Assembly (NCBI GenBank): GCA_965215185.1
Contig: OZ244034.1
Span: 1,792,001 to 1,856,000, forward strand
Direction of reading: 5' to 3'
Source: Acidimicrobiia bacterium
GTDB taxonomy: Bacteria; Actinomycetota; Acidimicrobiia; Spongiisociales; ZC4RG35
Length of the DNA stretch: 64,000 nucleotides
This document shows, piece by piece, positions 1 to 10,701 of this stretch; position 1 is the first letter of the stretch; each line of letters starts with the position of its first letter. Below the pieces are notes generated by a model that was not told the origin of the DNA, did no database searches, and saw nothing but the letters and a program-made list of their open reading frames with translations. The position numbers and the translations under genes were made by a program.

Positions 1-535
1 TGACCGGGTGGATCCCCTGTCGGGCGGAATGAAACGACGGCTGATCATCGCCCGCGGCCTGATCAACCAGCCCGAGTTGCTAATACTCGACGAGCCCACC
101 ACCGGTCTCGATCCCCAGGCTCGTCATGTGGTCTGGGATCGTCTCTATCAACTCAAGCAGAAAGGTGTCACGCTCATCATCACCACCCATTACATGGACG
201 AAGCCGAGCAACTCTGCGACCGGCTGGTAGTGATGGACAAAGGACGGATCGTCGCCGAGGGATCCCCCCGGGATCTCATCAAGCGTTATTCCACCCGGGA
301 TGTGCTGGAGATGCGTTTCGAGGCCAATGCCCATCAGCGGGTCATGCCCATCATCGAGGAAGTGGCCGAACGAACCGAGAACCTGGCCGACAGGGTGATG
401 ATCTACACCCAAAACGCCGATGAAACCGCCGCCAGGTTAGGCCGACGGGGGGTTCACCCCATCTCAACCCTCATCCGTCGCTCCACTTTGGAAGATGTAT
501 TCCTGCGACTCACCGGCCGTCGACTCATCGAATGA
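1..535 (+). CDS. ABC transporter ATP-binding protein (NodI/DrrA-like), 5'-truncated by window
   Basis: LSGGMKRR signature, LILDEPTTGLD Walker B, TTHY H-loop. Confidence 0.9.
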   Translation, partial: DRVDPLSGGMKRRLIIARGLINQPELLILDEPTTGLDPQARHVVWDRLYQLKQKGVTLIITTHYMDEAEQLCDRLVVMDKGRIVAEGSPRDLIKRYSTRDVLEMRFEANAHQRVMPIIEEVAERTENLADRVMIYTQNADETAARLGRRGVHPISTLIRRSTLEDVFLRLTGRRLIE

Positions 536-1308
536 ACACCCCCCGGGCGCTGCTGGTGGTGGAAGCAGAATATCGCTTCTACCGGCGCACCTGGCGGGGA
601 ACGGTGCTGACCACTTGGTTGCGTCCCATTCTCTTTTTGTTGGCCATGGGAATGGGCCTGGGGACCCTGATCGACCGGAACGCCAATCAGGTCCTGGGAG
701 ACGGCGGCTACCTGACCTTCCTCGCTCCCGGGTTGATGGCCGCCTCCGCCATGCAGACCGCTATTACGGAATCGTCCTGGCCGGTGCGGACCGGGGTCAA
801 GTGGCGGAAGAACTACTGGGCTCAGATTTCCACTCCCATCACCCCCAACGACCTGCTGACCGGCTTGATGATCTGGGTTTTCATCAGGTTGGTGTTCGTC
901 TCCACCGCCTTTGCCGTGGTGATCTGGATATTCGGAGCAGCGCCCTTCGGTAAAAGCCTGGCCGCCGTTCCGGCCGCGGCGCTCACCGGCATGGCTTTTT
1001 CCTCCCCCATGGCTGCATTCGCGGCTTGGATCAAAGAGGACTCGACGATGATCGCCGTGTTCCGATTCAGCATCATCCCCCTGTTTTTGTTCTCGGGTGC
1101 CTTTTTCCCTATCGATCAACTCCCTGACTTCCTGGAGCCCTTGGTGATGATCAGTCCCGCCTGGCACGGCGTGGAGTTGTGTCGTTGGATCGTCATCGGG
1201 ACTCCCCTCACCCTCTCGGTATGGACGCAGGTGGGTTATCTGCTGGCGGCGACGACGGCAGGATGGTGGGCGGCGTCCCGCCAGCTCACCAGGAGGCTCA
1301 TCATATGA
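532..1308 (+). CDS. ABC-2 type transporter permease
   Basis: Multi-TM; YLTFLAPGLMAASAM and PLFLFSGAFFP motifs; ATGA overlap with the ATPase. Confidence 0.88.
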   Translation: MNTPRALLVVEAEYRFYRRTWRGTVLTTWLRPILFLLAMGMGLGTLIDRNANQVLGDGGYLTFLAPGLMAASAMQTAITESSWPVRTGVKWRKNYWAQISTPITPNDLLTGLMIWVFIRLVFVSTAFAVVIWIFGAAPFGKSLAAVPAAALTGMAFSSPMAAFAAWIKEDSTMIAVFRFSIIPLFLFSGAFFPIDQLPDFLEPLVMISPAWHGVELCRWIVIGTPLTLSVWTQVGYLLAATTAGWWAASRQLTRRLII

Positions 1309-2111
1309 GTCTGCTTCTGGCCAGGCTGTTTCCGCCCCAGTCCCGTCCCACCCGCCGCGCCAGTCGCCTTCTCCAGCGCAACCTCTTGGTTTACAAGCAC
1401 ATTTGGTTGGTGGTGGTCGCCGGGTTCGGCGAGCCGATCTTCTACCTGTTCGCGGTGGGAGTCGGTTTGGGAAGTTTCGTGGGAGACATCACCACTACCG
1501 ATGGGCAGACCCTTACCTACGCCGCGTTCGTGGCGCCCGGTCTTCTGGCCGCCTCCGCCATGAACGGGGCGGTCATTGAATCCACTTTCCCCATCTTCTT
1601 CAAACTCCACTACAACCGCACCTACGACGCCGTCCTGGCCACTCCCATGCGGGTGGCGGACATCACCGTGGGAGAGATTCTGTGGGCGCAGCTGCGAGCC
1701 GGTATCTACTCCCTCGGTTTCCTGGCGCTGATGTACATCACCGGATTGACCTCTTCGCCGTGGGCGCTGGGCGCGGTGCTCGGCGCTCTCCTGGTGGGTT
1801 TCACATTTTCGGCCGCCGGTTTCGCGGCGGTCACCTTCATGCGCACCTGGCACGACTTCGACATGATCCAGTTGGTGATCCTGCCCCTTTTCCTTTTTTC
1901 CGGCACCTTCTATCCTCTCAGTGTGTACCCGCCCTTTCTTCAACCAATAATGCAGATCTCTCCCCTCTATCACGGAACGGAACTGTTGAGGGCCTTCACC
2001 CTGGGTCAGTTCGACTGGACGCTGGTCGTGCACGTGGGCGTGTTGTTGCTCATGGGAGGGGTGGGCATCGCCATCGTCTCCCGCCGGCTGGTGGGAACAC
2101 TGCTGAAATGA
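1305..2111 (+). CDS. ABC-2 type transporter permease
   Basis: YAAFVAPGLLAASAMNGA, PLFLFSGTFYP; ATG 1305 overlaps upstream stop. Confidence 0.88.
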   Translation: MSLLLARLFPPQSRPTRRASRLLQRNLLVYKHIWLVVVAGFGEPIFYLFAVGVGLGSFVGDITTTDGQTLTYAAFVAPGLLAASAMNGAVIESTFPIFFKLHYNRTYDAVLATPMRVADITVGEILWAQLRAGIYSLGFLALMYITGLTSSPWALGAVLGALLVGFTFSAAGFAAVTFMRTWHDFDMIQLVILPLFLFSGTFYPLSVYPPFLQPIMQISPLYHGTELLRAFTLGQFDWTLVVHVGVLLLMGGVGIAIVSRRLVGTLLK

Positions 2112-3148
2112 ACTCCGACAACCTCAGCAGCAGAATCCACCAGGCGCTTTTCACCAAGGCCTCCGACGAAGAGGAAACCGAGTCGGGCGCCCTGCCCAAC
2201 AGTTTGCGCATCGACCTGTATCGGTGGATGCGCCTCACCCGCACTCTGGACGACACCATGGTGACAATGTGGAAACAGGGAAGGGGGCTGGGGGGCACTT
2301 TCAGCGGCAAAGGTCATGAAGCCATCAGCGTGGCGATGGGAATGGCCCTGGGTCCCGACGATGTCATCGCCCCCATGCACCGCGACGTCGGCGCCTATCT
2401 GGTCAGGGGCATGACCCCGGCCAGGGTGTTCGGCAACTTGCTGGGCAGGGAGATTGGTCCCAGCCGGGGAAGGGACGCCAATCTTCACGGCATGGGAGAC
2501 CTGAGCCTGGGGATCATCGGGTACGTCTCCCACATTCCCCAGCAACTGCCCCTCAGCCTGGGGGTGGCGATGGCCTTCAAATACCGCAACGAACCCCGGG
2601 TGGCGCTCACCGTGGTGGGCGACGGGGGGACCTGCACCGGCTCCTATCACGAGTCGCTGAACATGGCCGCTCTCTACCAAGCGCCCCTGGTGCTGATCAT
2701 CGAGAACAACCAATACGCCTATTCCACTCCCCTTGACCAGCAGATGGCCAACTTCGACATCACCGAGCGAGCCGCCGGCTATGGACTCCCCGCCCACCGG
2801 CAGGACGGAAACGACGTGGAAGCCATGTACGGCTCTATCAAAGCCGCCGTGGACCAGGCCCGCCAGGGCGGCGGACCCAGCGTCATCGAAGCGCGGACCA
2901 TGCGCATGCTGGGCCACGCCATCCACGACGGCGCCGAATACGTACCCCCGCAGCTTCTGGAAAAGTGGGCGGCCCGTGATCCGCTGATTCTGCACCGTCG
3001 GCAACTCACCGAAGAGAAAGTGGCCGATGAGACCCGCCTGGACGAGATAGACGCCTGGGCCGAGGCCGAGATCGAAGCGGCGGTGGCCGAGGCGGAGGCC
3101 GCGCCCTGGCCAGATCCGGGCACCGTCACAGAACGGGTCTATGCATGA
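2108..3148 (+). CDS. TPP-dependent 2-oxoacid dehydrogenase E1 alpha subunit
   Basis: GDGG...ENNQYA TPP motif, MRMLGHAIHD loop; ATG 2108 overlaps upstream stop. Confidence 0.9.
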   Translation: MNSDNLSSRIHQALFTKASDEEETESGALPNSLRIDLYRWMRLTRTLDDTMVTMWKQGRGLGGTFSGKGHEAISVAMGMALGPDDVIAPMHRDVGAYLVRGMTPARVFGNLLGREIGPSRGRDANLHGMGDLSLGIIGYVSHIPQQLPLSLGVAMAFKYRNEPRVALTVVGDGGTCTGSYHESLNMAALYQAPLVLIIENNQYAYSTPLDQQMANFDITERAAGYGLPAHRQDGNDVEAMYGSIKAAVDQARQGGGPSVIEARTMRMLGHAIHDGAEYVPPQLLEKWAARDPLILHRRQLTEEKVADETRLDEIDAWAEAEIEAAVAEAEAAPWPDPGTVTERVYA

Positions 3149-4122
3149 GAGAACTCACCTACCTGCAGGCCATCTCGGACGCCATCGCCCACGAAATGGA
3201 CAGAGACCCCGCCGTGCTGGTGCTCGGCGAGGATGTGGGGGGCGAATTCGGAGGAGCCTTCAAGGTCACCAAGGGGTTGGCCGCCCGTTTCGGAGACCGC
3301 CGGGTGATCAACACTCCCATCGCCGAGCTTTCGTTCATCGGCATGGCCAACGGTATGGCGCTGATGGGCCTGCGTCCCATCATTGAGGTGCAGTTCGCTG
3401 ATTTCATCTCCTCGGGATTCGATTCGATCGTCCAATCCGCCGCCACCATCCACTACCGCTTCGGAGGTGCGGTCCCCTGGGTGATCCGTGCTCCTTCCGA
3501 CGGCGGGATCCGCTCGGGTCCCTTTCACAGCCAGAATCCCGAAGCCTGGTTCGTCCACACCCCCGGCCTCAAAGTGGTGGCGCCCTCCAATCCCGCCGAC
3601 GCCAAGGGCCTTTTGTGTGCGGCGATTCGCGACCCCAACCCGGTGATCTATTTCGAGGCCAAGCCGCTGTACCGGTCGCTGCGGGGACCGGTGCCCACCG
3701 GTGAGCATCTGGTCCCCATCGGGAAAGCCAAGGTGGTCAGAGAGGGCATCCATCTCACCATCATTGCCTACGGCGCTCAGGTCCCCCAGGCGCTCTCGGC
3801 CGCCCAGACACTCAGCGCCGAGGGAATCGAGGCGGAGGTGGTGGATCTGCGCACCCTGAAGCCTCTTGACTTCTCCACGGTCGCCGACAGCGTCACCCGC
3901 ACCTCTAGAGCCTTGGTGGTCCACTCTGCCAATCGGCTGGCCGGAGTGGGCGCCGAGGTGGCCGCCCGCCTCGCCGAAGACTGTTTCGAGTGGTTGGACG
4001 CCCCGGTCACCCGACTGGGCGGCCTTGACACTCCCGTCCCGTTCAGCCCTCCCCTCGAGGACGCCTACCGGCCCAACGCCGCCAAGATCGTCACCGCCGC
4101 TCGCAAGCTGGCCGCCTACTAG
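3145..4122 (+). CDS. 2-oxoacid dehydrogenase E1 beta subunit
   Basis: LGEDVG, NTPIAE, EVQFADF, FHSQ, VVDLRTLKPLD. Confidence 0.92.
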   Translation: MRELTYLQAISDAIAHEMDRDPAVLVLGEDVGGEFGGAFKVTKGLAARFGDRRVINTPIAELSFIGMANGMALMGLRPIIEVQFADFISSGFDSIVQSAATIHYRFGGAVPWVIRAPSDGGIRSGPFHSQNPEAWFVHTPGLKVVAPSNPADAKGLLCAAIRDPNPVIYFEAKPLYRSLRGPVPTGEHLVPIGKAKVVREGIHLTIIAYGAQVPQALSAAQTLSAEGIEAEVVDLRTLKPLDFSTVADSVTRTSRALVVHSANRLAGVGAEVAARLAEDCFEWLDAPVTRLGGLDTPVPFSPPLEDAYRPNAAKIVTAARKLAAY

Positions 4123-4177
4123 AGCTCGTCCGCGCCTTCCACGGTCGGTGATTCTCGGGTCCCCTGCCAGGTCTACT

Positions 4178-6448
4178 ATGGGCGGGATGCAGAGTTCCAT
4201 TATCGGCGCGGCCGTCAAGCGTGTGGAGGACCCGCGGCTCATCACTGGACGGGGACGGTTCGTGGGCAACATCTCCCGACCCGACGCCCTGTGGATGAAA
4301 GTGGTGCGCTCCGACCTCCCCCACGGGATCATCACCGACATCGACATCGAGGAGGCCTTGGATTCTCCGGGGGTGGTGGCGGTCTTCACCGCGGCCGACC
4401 TGGGATTGCGGTCACTGCCGGTGGGATCACCAGGCGCCGACCCCGGCTTCAGCCAGCCGGTGCCCGCTTCTGACCGGGTGCGTTTCACCGGAGAGGCGGT
4501 GGCGGTGGTGATTGCCGAAACCAATCAGCAGGCCGCCGACGCCGCCAAGATGGTGTGGGTCGACATTGACCCCCTGCCCGCCGTGACCAGCCCCATCGAC
4601 GCCATGGCCGAGGGCGCCCCGCTGCTGTTCCCCGAGGTGGGAACCAACGTGGCACTCGACACCAGCATCACCGACCCCACCGAAGATCCCCTCGCCGAGG
4701 CGGAGGTAGTGATCCGCGCCCAGTTCTACAACCAAAGGGTGGCCGGGGTTCCCCTTGAGAACAGCAATACCCTGGCCGTCCCCGATGAGGAGCGCCTGGA
4801 TGTCTGGGCGGGTTCCCAAAACGCTTTCGTTCACCGCAACTCCATTGCCCGCAGTCTGGGAATCGACCGTGATCTGGTGCGGTTCAGGGTGCCTGACATG
4901 GGCGGGGGGTTCGGGGTGAAGATCGCCCCCATGCCCGAGCAGATCCTGTGTGCCGCCGCCGCCTACCGTCTGAGACGACCCGTGCGCTGGCAGGAAACCC
5001 GCGAGGAGAACTTGCTGAGCCTTCCTCACGGTCGTGGTCACCACCAAACCGTGGAACTGGGCGCCCGCCGGGACGGGACGCTCACCGGGCTTCGGGTGCA
5101 TGTGGTGGCCGAATCGGGCGCCTATGTGTATTTCGGCGCGTTTCTCCCCGAATTCAGCATCATGGTGGCCAACGGCGCCTACCACATTCCCCGGGTGCAG
5201 TTCACCTATCAATCGGTGGTGTCCAACACCTGCCCCATCAACGCCTACCGGGGAGCGGGCCGGCCCGAGGCGACCGCCCTTCTGGAACGGTGCATGGACC
5301 TGCTGGCCGACCAACTGGGCATGGACCCCGCCGAGATCCGTCGGCGCAACTTCCTGCAGCCCGATCAGTTCCCCTACCGGACCCCCACCAATCAGCTATA
5401 CGACTCGGGTAACTATGAGAAAGCGCTGGATCGGGCCCTGGAGATGGTCGGTTACCAGGCTCTGCGCCGACAACAAGCCGAGCGGGTGGCGCGGGGCGAC
5501 CAATGGCGGCTGGGAGTGGGAATCAGCAGTTATGTGGAGATCACCGCCCCCGTGGGGAGAAGCGAGTGGGGTTCGGTCACTGTCCGCGAGGACAACATCA
5601 TTGAGTTGGCCACCGGCCTCTCCTCCCACGGGCAGGGTCACGAAACCTCCCTCACCCAGATCGTGGCCGAAGTGATGCAGGTCCCCATGGATCGGATCAT
5701 CTACATCCAGGGCGACACGGGCCGGGTGGCCCAAGGGGGCGGCACCATGGGATCCCGTTCTTTGCAGCTGGGCGGGTCGGCGATCCTGGAAGCCGGTCAG
5801 CAGGTGGTGGAAAAGGCGAGGAAGCTCTTTGCAGAGTTGCAGGAGGCCGCGCTGGAGGACGTGGTGATCACCAAGGAGGGGACGGTGGCGGTGGCCGGTT
5901 CGCCCGACACCGCGATGACCTGGGGAGAGTTGGCGCGGGTCAGCAACGAGGGGCTGTCTTCGCAGCTATCCCTCGACCAGCCGGAGGCGACCTTTCCTTT
6001 CGGAACCCACATTGCGGTGGTAGAGGTGGACATTGAGACCGGCGACGTGCATTATTTGCGCCACGTGGCGGTGGACGACTGCGGAAGGATCATCAACCGC
6101 CGGATGGTGGACGGGCAAGTGCACGGTGGAGTGGCCCAGGCCGCCGGGCAGGCGCTGTTGGAGCAGGTCCTCTACGATTCGGAGGCCAATCCGCTCACCA
6201 GCAACCTCACCACCTATCTGGTGCCCACCGCCGCCAATCTGCCATCCATCGAGATCGACCACACCATCACCCCCACCACCCAGAACGCCATGGGGGTCAA
6301 AGGCATCGGAGAGGCGGGAACCATCGGCGCCACCCCCGCCATCCAAAACGCCGTCCTCGATGCCCTGCGGCCCTTGGGAGTAACCCACCTCGACATGCCC
6401 CTCACTCCCTCCCGGGTATGGCAGGCTATCGACGAAGCAACCCGGTAG
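4178..6448 (+). CDS. Xanthine dehydrogenase-family molybdopterin subunit (form II CoxL-like, AYRGAGR)
   Basis: RVEDPRLITGRG, DMGGGFG, AYRGAGRPE, HGQGHET, KGIGEAG; start 4178 or 4187. Confidence 0.88.
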   Translation: MGGMQSSIIGAAVKRVEDPRLITGRGRFVGNISRPDALWMKVVRSDLPHGIITDIDIEEALDSPGVVAVFTAADLGLRSLPVGSPGADPGFSQPVPASDRVRFTGEAVAVVIAETNQQAADAAKMVWVDIDPLPAVTSPIDAMAEGAPLLFPEVGTNVALDTSITDPTEDPLAEAEVVIRAQFYNQRVAGVPLENSNTLAVPDEERLDVWAGSQNAFVHRNSIARSLGIDRDLVRFRVPDMGGGFGVKIAPMPEQILCAAAAYRLRRPVRWQETREENLLSLPHGRGHHQTVELGARRDGTLTGLRVHVVAESGAYVYFGAFLPEFSIMVANGAYHIPRVQFTYQSVVSNTCPINAYRGAGRPEATALLERCMDLLADQLGMDPAEIRRRNFLQPDQFPYRTPTNQLYDSGNYEKALDRALEMVGYQALRRQQAERVARGDQWRLGVGISSYVEITAPVGRSEWGSVTVREDNIIELATGLSSHGQGHETSLTQIVAEVMQVPMDRIIYIQGDTGRVAQGGGTMGSRSLQLGGSAILEAGQQVVEKARKLFAELQEAALEDVVITKEGTVAVAGSPDTAMTWGELARVSNEGLSSQLSLDQPEATFPFGTHIAVVEVDIETGDVHYLRHVAVDDCGRIINRRMVDGQVHGGVAQAAGQALLEQVLYDSEANPLTSNLTTYLVPTAANLPSIEIDHTITPTTQNAMGVKGIGEAGTIGATPAIQNAVLDALRPLGVTHLDMPLTPSRVWQAIDEATR

Positions 6449-6511
6449 CCACCCTCGGCCAGGTAAGACGGCCCACAACCGGCGGGCGGCTTGCACCGCT
6501 TCACAAAAAGC

Positions 6512-6586
6512 CGCGAAATTTCTCCGGGACGGGAAGGTTCCCGTTTGGGCCCTCCCCCGCCACCACCGACCATATTGAAGTCGCGA
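6512..6586 (+). repeat. ~74-bp dispersed intergenic repeat, copy 1
   Basis: CGCGAAATT-N26-GGGCCCTCCCCCGCCACC-N12-GAAGTCGCG; same layout at 12984-13057 (-) and 58530-58601 (+). Confidence 0.7.
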
Positions 6587-6873
6587 AAAACTGCCTTGAT
6601 GGATTGTCGTCGACCTGACCTCAAGCGGTTCGAGGGAGCTCCGGAGCCCCGAACGGGACGGGTTTGTAGCTTCTGGCAGTATGTGCCAGGAACGGGCCGG
6701 CCTTCAAGACCTGGCCGGCGGTTTTCTTGCCAATCTTTAAAGAAGGGCGGCGAGGCGGGCCTACCAAGGGTGAACTCTCGCGAATGGAGACGAGGGTTCG
6801 CGAGAGGTAGGTTTCCCCCAAAGCAGTGAGCCCGCCTTCCGCCGGTCTAAATTTTTGACAAGGGCCTAGTCGG

Positions 6874-7953
6874 TTACACCTCCACGTTGCCCACAATGAA
6901 AGCCTCCAATGCGTCACGTGCTTGTTCATCTCGCATCTGCTGGGGAGGCGACTTCATGAAATAGGCGCTGGCCTCATGGAGCGGACCGGACACTCCCCGG
7001 TCCAGACCCAACTTGGCGCAACGAAGCGCATCGATCACCACCCCCGCCGAGTTGGGGCTGTCCCAAACTTCCAGTTTCACCTCGGCGTTGAGGGGAGTAT
7101 CACCGAAGGCGGTTCCCTCCAGGCGAATGTGCGCCCACTTGCGGTCGGTCAACCAGGGAACATGATCCGAAGGACCGATATGGACATCTTCCACCGGTGT
7201 TCGGGTCTGCAACTGGCTGGTGACCGCTTTGGTCTTGGATTCTTTCTTCGACACCAGCCGACTTCTTTCCAGCATGTTCAAAAAGTCGGTGTTGCCGCCG
7301 AAATTGAGTTGATAGGTGCGGTCCACCTTCACCCCCCGGTCCTGGAAGAGGTTCACCAGGGTGCGGTGCAAGATGGTGGCGCCCACCTGTGATTTGATGT
7401 CGTCGCCCACGATGGGAACTCCCGCCGCGCGGAACCGGTCGGCCCATTCGGGGGTGCGGGCGATGAACACGGGAATGCAATTGACGAAGGCACAACCTGC
7501 CGCCATAGCCTGTTCCGCATAGAATTCGGTGGCCTTCTGCGATCCGACCGGCAGATAGGAGACCACGACGTCGACCCGGGCCTTCCGAAGCTCCTCTGCG
7601 ACATCCACCTCGGGAATCGCCGATTCCTCCACCAGGTCGGCCAGATAGGACCCGATCCCATCCAGGGTGGGGCCTCGCTGCACGGTGACATCCAGGTGCG
7701 ATACATCAGCAAAGGTGATGGTGTTGTTCTGTCCCCCGGCGATTGCCTTGGACAGGTCTTGGCCTACTTTGGTGGCGTCCACGTCGAAAGCAGCCACAAA
7801 CCGAATGTCGCTGATGTGGTATCCGCCCAGTGTGGCGTGCATGAGCCCGGGAATCATTTGATCGACCGGAGCGTCCTGGTAGAACTCGACTCCCTGCACC
7901 AGGGACGAGGCACAGTTGCCCACCCCGACGATCGCAACCCTTATTTCTTTCAC
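6874..7953 (-). CDS. ino1: Inositol-3-phosphate synthase
   Basis: [42 protein letters not shown]. Confidence 0.95.
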   Translation of the reverse strand: MKEIRVAIVGVGNCASSLVQGVEFYQDAPVDQMIPGLMHATLGGYHISDIRFVAAFDVDATKVGQDLSKAIAGGQNNTITFADVSHLDVTVQRGPTLDGIGSYLADLVEESAIPEVDVAEELRKARVDVVVSYLPVGSQKATEFYAEQAMAAGCAFVNCIPVFIARTPEWADRFRAAGVPIVGDDIKSQVGATILHRTLVNLFQDRGVKVDRTYQLNFGGNTDFLNMLERSRLVSKKESKTKAVTSQLQTRTPVEDVHIGPSDHVPWLTDRKWAHIRLEGTAFGDTPLNAEVKLEVWDSPNSAGVVIDALRCAKLGLDRGVSGPLHEASAYFMKSPPQQMRDEQARDALEAFIVGNVEV

Positions 7954-8047
7954 TGTGAAATGCCCTTCATGTTTGACTGACGTAGTTTGCCAGAATCATT
8001 TCGATTAGTCAAATAGATGGTTACATTACTATTGATAGAATATATTT
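7954..8047. promoter_or_regulatory. Divergent ino1/LysR promoter region with inverted repeat
   Basis: AT-rich; TTTGACTGA (7972-7980) vs TTAGTCAAA (8005-8013). Confidence 0.4.
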
Positions 8048-8890
8048 ATGGATATCCCCTCTCTCAACCTCAGAAGCCTGCGATACCTCCTAGAGGTAGA
8101 ACAACGCGGCTCCTTCACCGAGGCGGCGTTGGAGCTGCGGATCAGCCAACCCGCTCTCTCCCATTCCCTGGCTGAGCTGTCCAAACGTCTGGGAGCCCCC
8201 CTGTTCAGGAAACAGGGACGGCAACGGGTGCTCACCGAAGCGGGAGAGCGGGCGGCGCGTTACGCCGACCATGTACTCGGACAGACCATCGACCTGCTCC
8301 GGTGGCTCGAAAGTTGGGAACGAGGGCAAGTGGGCACCTTACGGGTGGGGATGATCGACACCGCCGGGCTCTACACGCTGCCCGCCGGTCTATCGCAATT
8401 GCGTGAAGAGCACGCCACCATCGATCTACAACTGGTAGTGGCTGACTCAGCAGCGTTGCTGTCGATGCTGGACAGCTATCAGATCGACCTGGCCTTCGTG
8501 GTGGGACCAGCCGGGCCCCGATACAACTGCGTGCCCATCACCGCTGAGCGGATGCATATCTACTCCCCGATAGGATCCGACTCCGAGCCGGAGGGCTGGG
8601 CGCTTTTTCCTCCCGGCTCCCGCACCCGCCTGTTGGTCGACCAGGGCTTGGCGCAACTGGGCATCAGACCCCAGGTCGCCTTGGAATCCACCAATCCGAG
8701 GATGCTTCGCCAGATGGCGGTGTTGGGTTACGCTCGCACGGTCCTCCCCCAGGAGGTGGCGGCTTCGGGAAGTGACGCCCTCCCCTTGGCGGAAGGCCCA
8801 CTGGTGGCGCTTCGCAGGATTGAGGGCGTGTGGAGGAAAGACTCCGAACTCGACCCCCGAGCTCAAAGACTGCTCAGGCTGGTGAGGTGA
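8048..8890 (+). CDS. LysR family transcriptional regulator
   Basis: GSFTEAALELRISQPALSHSLAEL HTH, GTLRVG. Confidence 0.92.
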   Translation: MDIPSLNLRSLRYLLEVEQRGSFTEAALELRISQPALSHSLAELSKRLGAPLFRKQGRQRVLTEAGERAARYADHVLGQTIDLLRWLESWERGQVGTLRVGMIDTAGLYTLPAGLSQLREEHATIDLQLVVADSAALLSMLDSYQIDLAFVVGPAGPRYNCVPITAERMHIYSPIGSDSEPEGWALFPPGSRTRLLVDQGLAQLGIRPQVALESTNPRMLRQMAVLGYARTVLPQEVAASGSDALPLAEGPLVALRRIEGVWRKDSELDPRAQRLLRLVR

Positions 8891-9655
8891 TCACACCCGG
8901 CGGACGCCCGCCAGGTATTGGGTCATTGCGTCTTTGAGGAAACCGTCCATGCCGGTGGCGATATACCGGGCGCCCTTGCCGATCCACTCCTCGGCGGCCT
9001 CCACAGTGCCGGCGTAGATCCCAAAAACCTTATCCGAACCGGCCACAGCCGCGGCCACCCTGTCGATGGCCTCCACCAGCCGGGGATGGTTCCCTTGGCC
9101 GGCCAGCCCCATCGACTGGGAGAGGTCGGTGGGTCCCACGAACAACACATCAAGATCGTCGACCTCCAGGTACTCATCGATAGCCTCAACCGCCTCTAGG
9201 GTCTCGATATGAATAATGGTCAGCGTCTCCCGGTTGGACCGGGCGATGTATTCATCGAGGGGATCGGTGATGCCGTACCCGCCCCTACGGTTGCCGGCCA
9301 GCCCCCGCACCCCCCGGGGGTGGTATTTGACCGAACGCACCGCCTGCTCGGCCTCGGACCCGCTGTTCACCCACGGGACATGCACCCCGTGAGCCCCGGC
9401 ATCCAGAAAACGCAGGATGGAATGGGGAACATTGGCGGGCACCCTGGCGATGGGAGTGACGCCGTGCAACTCCACAGCGCGGGAAAGGTCGGAGATGTCC
9501 GTCGCTTCCACCGGACCGTGCTCGCCGTCGAAAATCACGAAATCCCAGCCCAACAGCGCCAGGTATTCCGCCAAATCGGGGACGGCATGCCTCAGAAAAC
9601 ACCCCACCACCGTCTCGCCGGCAGCCAGTTTGGCCTTGGTGAGGTTGCGAATCAT
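8891..9655 (-). CDS. HpcH/HpaI aldolase family protein
   Basis: FDGEHG, LDAGAHG, HIET, FVGPTDLS. Confidence 0.9.
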   Translation of the reverse strand: MIRNLTKAKLAAGETVVGCFLRHAVPDLAEYLALLGWDFVIFDGEHGPVEATDISDLSRAVELHGVTPIARVPANVPHSILRFLDAGAHGVHVPWVNSGSEAEQAVRSVKYHPRGVRGLAGNRRGGYGITDPLDEYIARSNRETLTIIHIETLEAVEAIDEYLEVDDLDVLFVGPTDLSQSMGLAGQGNHPRLVEAIDRVAAAVAGSDKVFGIYAGTVEAAEEWIGKGARYIATGMDGFLKDAMTQYLAGVRRV

Positions 9656-10542
9656 CCCGCGAAAGTCGGCTCAGGAAGACCTGAGCATCCCGGATCAAAG
9701 GCAAACAATCCGCCGTCGAGGCCCGGTTGGGCCTCCTCCGGGGAGACCGCTCCGGCGCCCAGGCAGGTAACGAACATGGTGCCCAGACCCGACCCCCCGA
9801 AGGCCGGCATGGTGGGGACGCTCACCGGGAACCGAATCAACCGGTCGAGTTCTCCCCGAGGATTCAGACGGGCCAGTTGCCCTCCCCGCACCAGCGCCAC
9901 CCAGTAGCACCCCGACGCATCCACCGTCGCCCCGTCGGGACGGCCGGCCACATCGAAAAACTCCGCGAACACCCGCCGGTTGGTGGGCACGCCTTCGTCG
10001 GGGTCATAGTCAAAGGCCCACACCGTCTCCGCCCAGGTGTCGGCGTGATACATGGTGCGCCCATCGGGCGAGAACGCCAGCCCGTTGGAGACCCCCAGGC
10101 CGGTCAAAAAGGTGCTTACCCTCAAATCCGCATCGAGCCGGTGGAGTCGGCCCGCCGCGATCTTGTCGGAGGTCGGATCGTGCATGCTCCCCGCCCAGAA
10201 TCGCCCCTGCCGATCACAGCGCGAGTCGTTTAGTCGATTGCGAGGCAGATCCGGCTCGGGATCCGGTGCCAGCGGGTTGAGTTCCTCAGAGTCGGGACAG
10301 AACCCATGAAAGCCGTCGTCGGTGGCCACCACCAACCCCCCGTCCCGGCGCACCGCCAAGGCGGCGGGTTTGCGAGGCACCGGGCTGGAATGGTCTTGGT
10401 TGGCGACCGGGTCATAACAATGGATGGCCCGGCCGTTGATGTCCACCCACCACAGCACTTCCCGGTCAACATCCCAAACCGGGCTTTCCCCCAGTTGGGC
10501 ATCGGCGGGAACTACACAGTCGAATTGAGGTATTTGGCTCAT
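9652..10542 (-). CDS. SMP-30/gluconolactonase family protein
   Basis: LGESPVW, RLNDSRCD, SNGLAFSPDG, PDGATVD. Confidence 0.92.
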   Translation of the reverse strand: MSQIPQFDCVVPADAQLGESPVWDVDREVLWWVDINGRAIHCYDPVANQDHSSPVPRKPAALAVRRDGGLVVATDDGFHGFCPDSEELNPLAPDPEPDLPRNRLNDSRCDRQGRFWAGSMHDPTSDKIAAGRLHRLDADLRVSTFLTGLGVSNGLAFSPDGRTMYHADTWAETVWAFDYDPDEGVPTNRRVFAEFFDVAGRPDGATVDASGCYWVALVRGGQLARLNPRGELDRLIRFPVSVPTMPAFGGSGLGTMFVTCLGAGAVSPEEAQPGLDGGLFAFDPGCSGLPEPTFAG

Positions 10543-10701
10543 CCCACCGACATTTTACCCGCAGCAAATCGGTTCGCTGGCAGCGCCGCCGGAACCAATC
10601 CTGAGGAGCCTGGACAGCCGCGGCGCCATATATCACAAGGAGAGATCCGGACACCATAGGATTATCGGGCCATCGCCGAGGATTACCCCCTTCATCGTCT
10701 C

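Noticed and set aside
4178-6448. Second true CO dehydrogenase
   Set aside because: AYRGAGR motif, not AYxCSFR, and no coxMS alongside.
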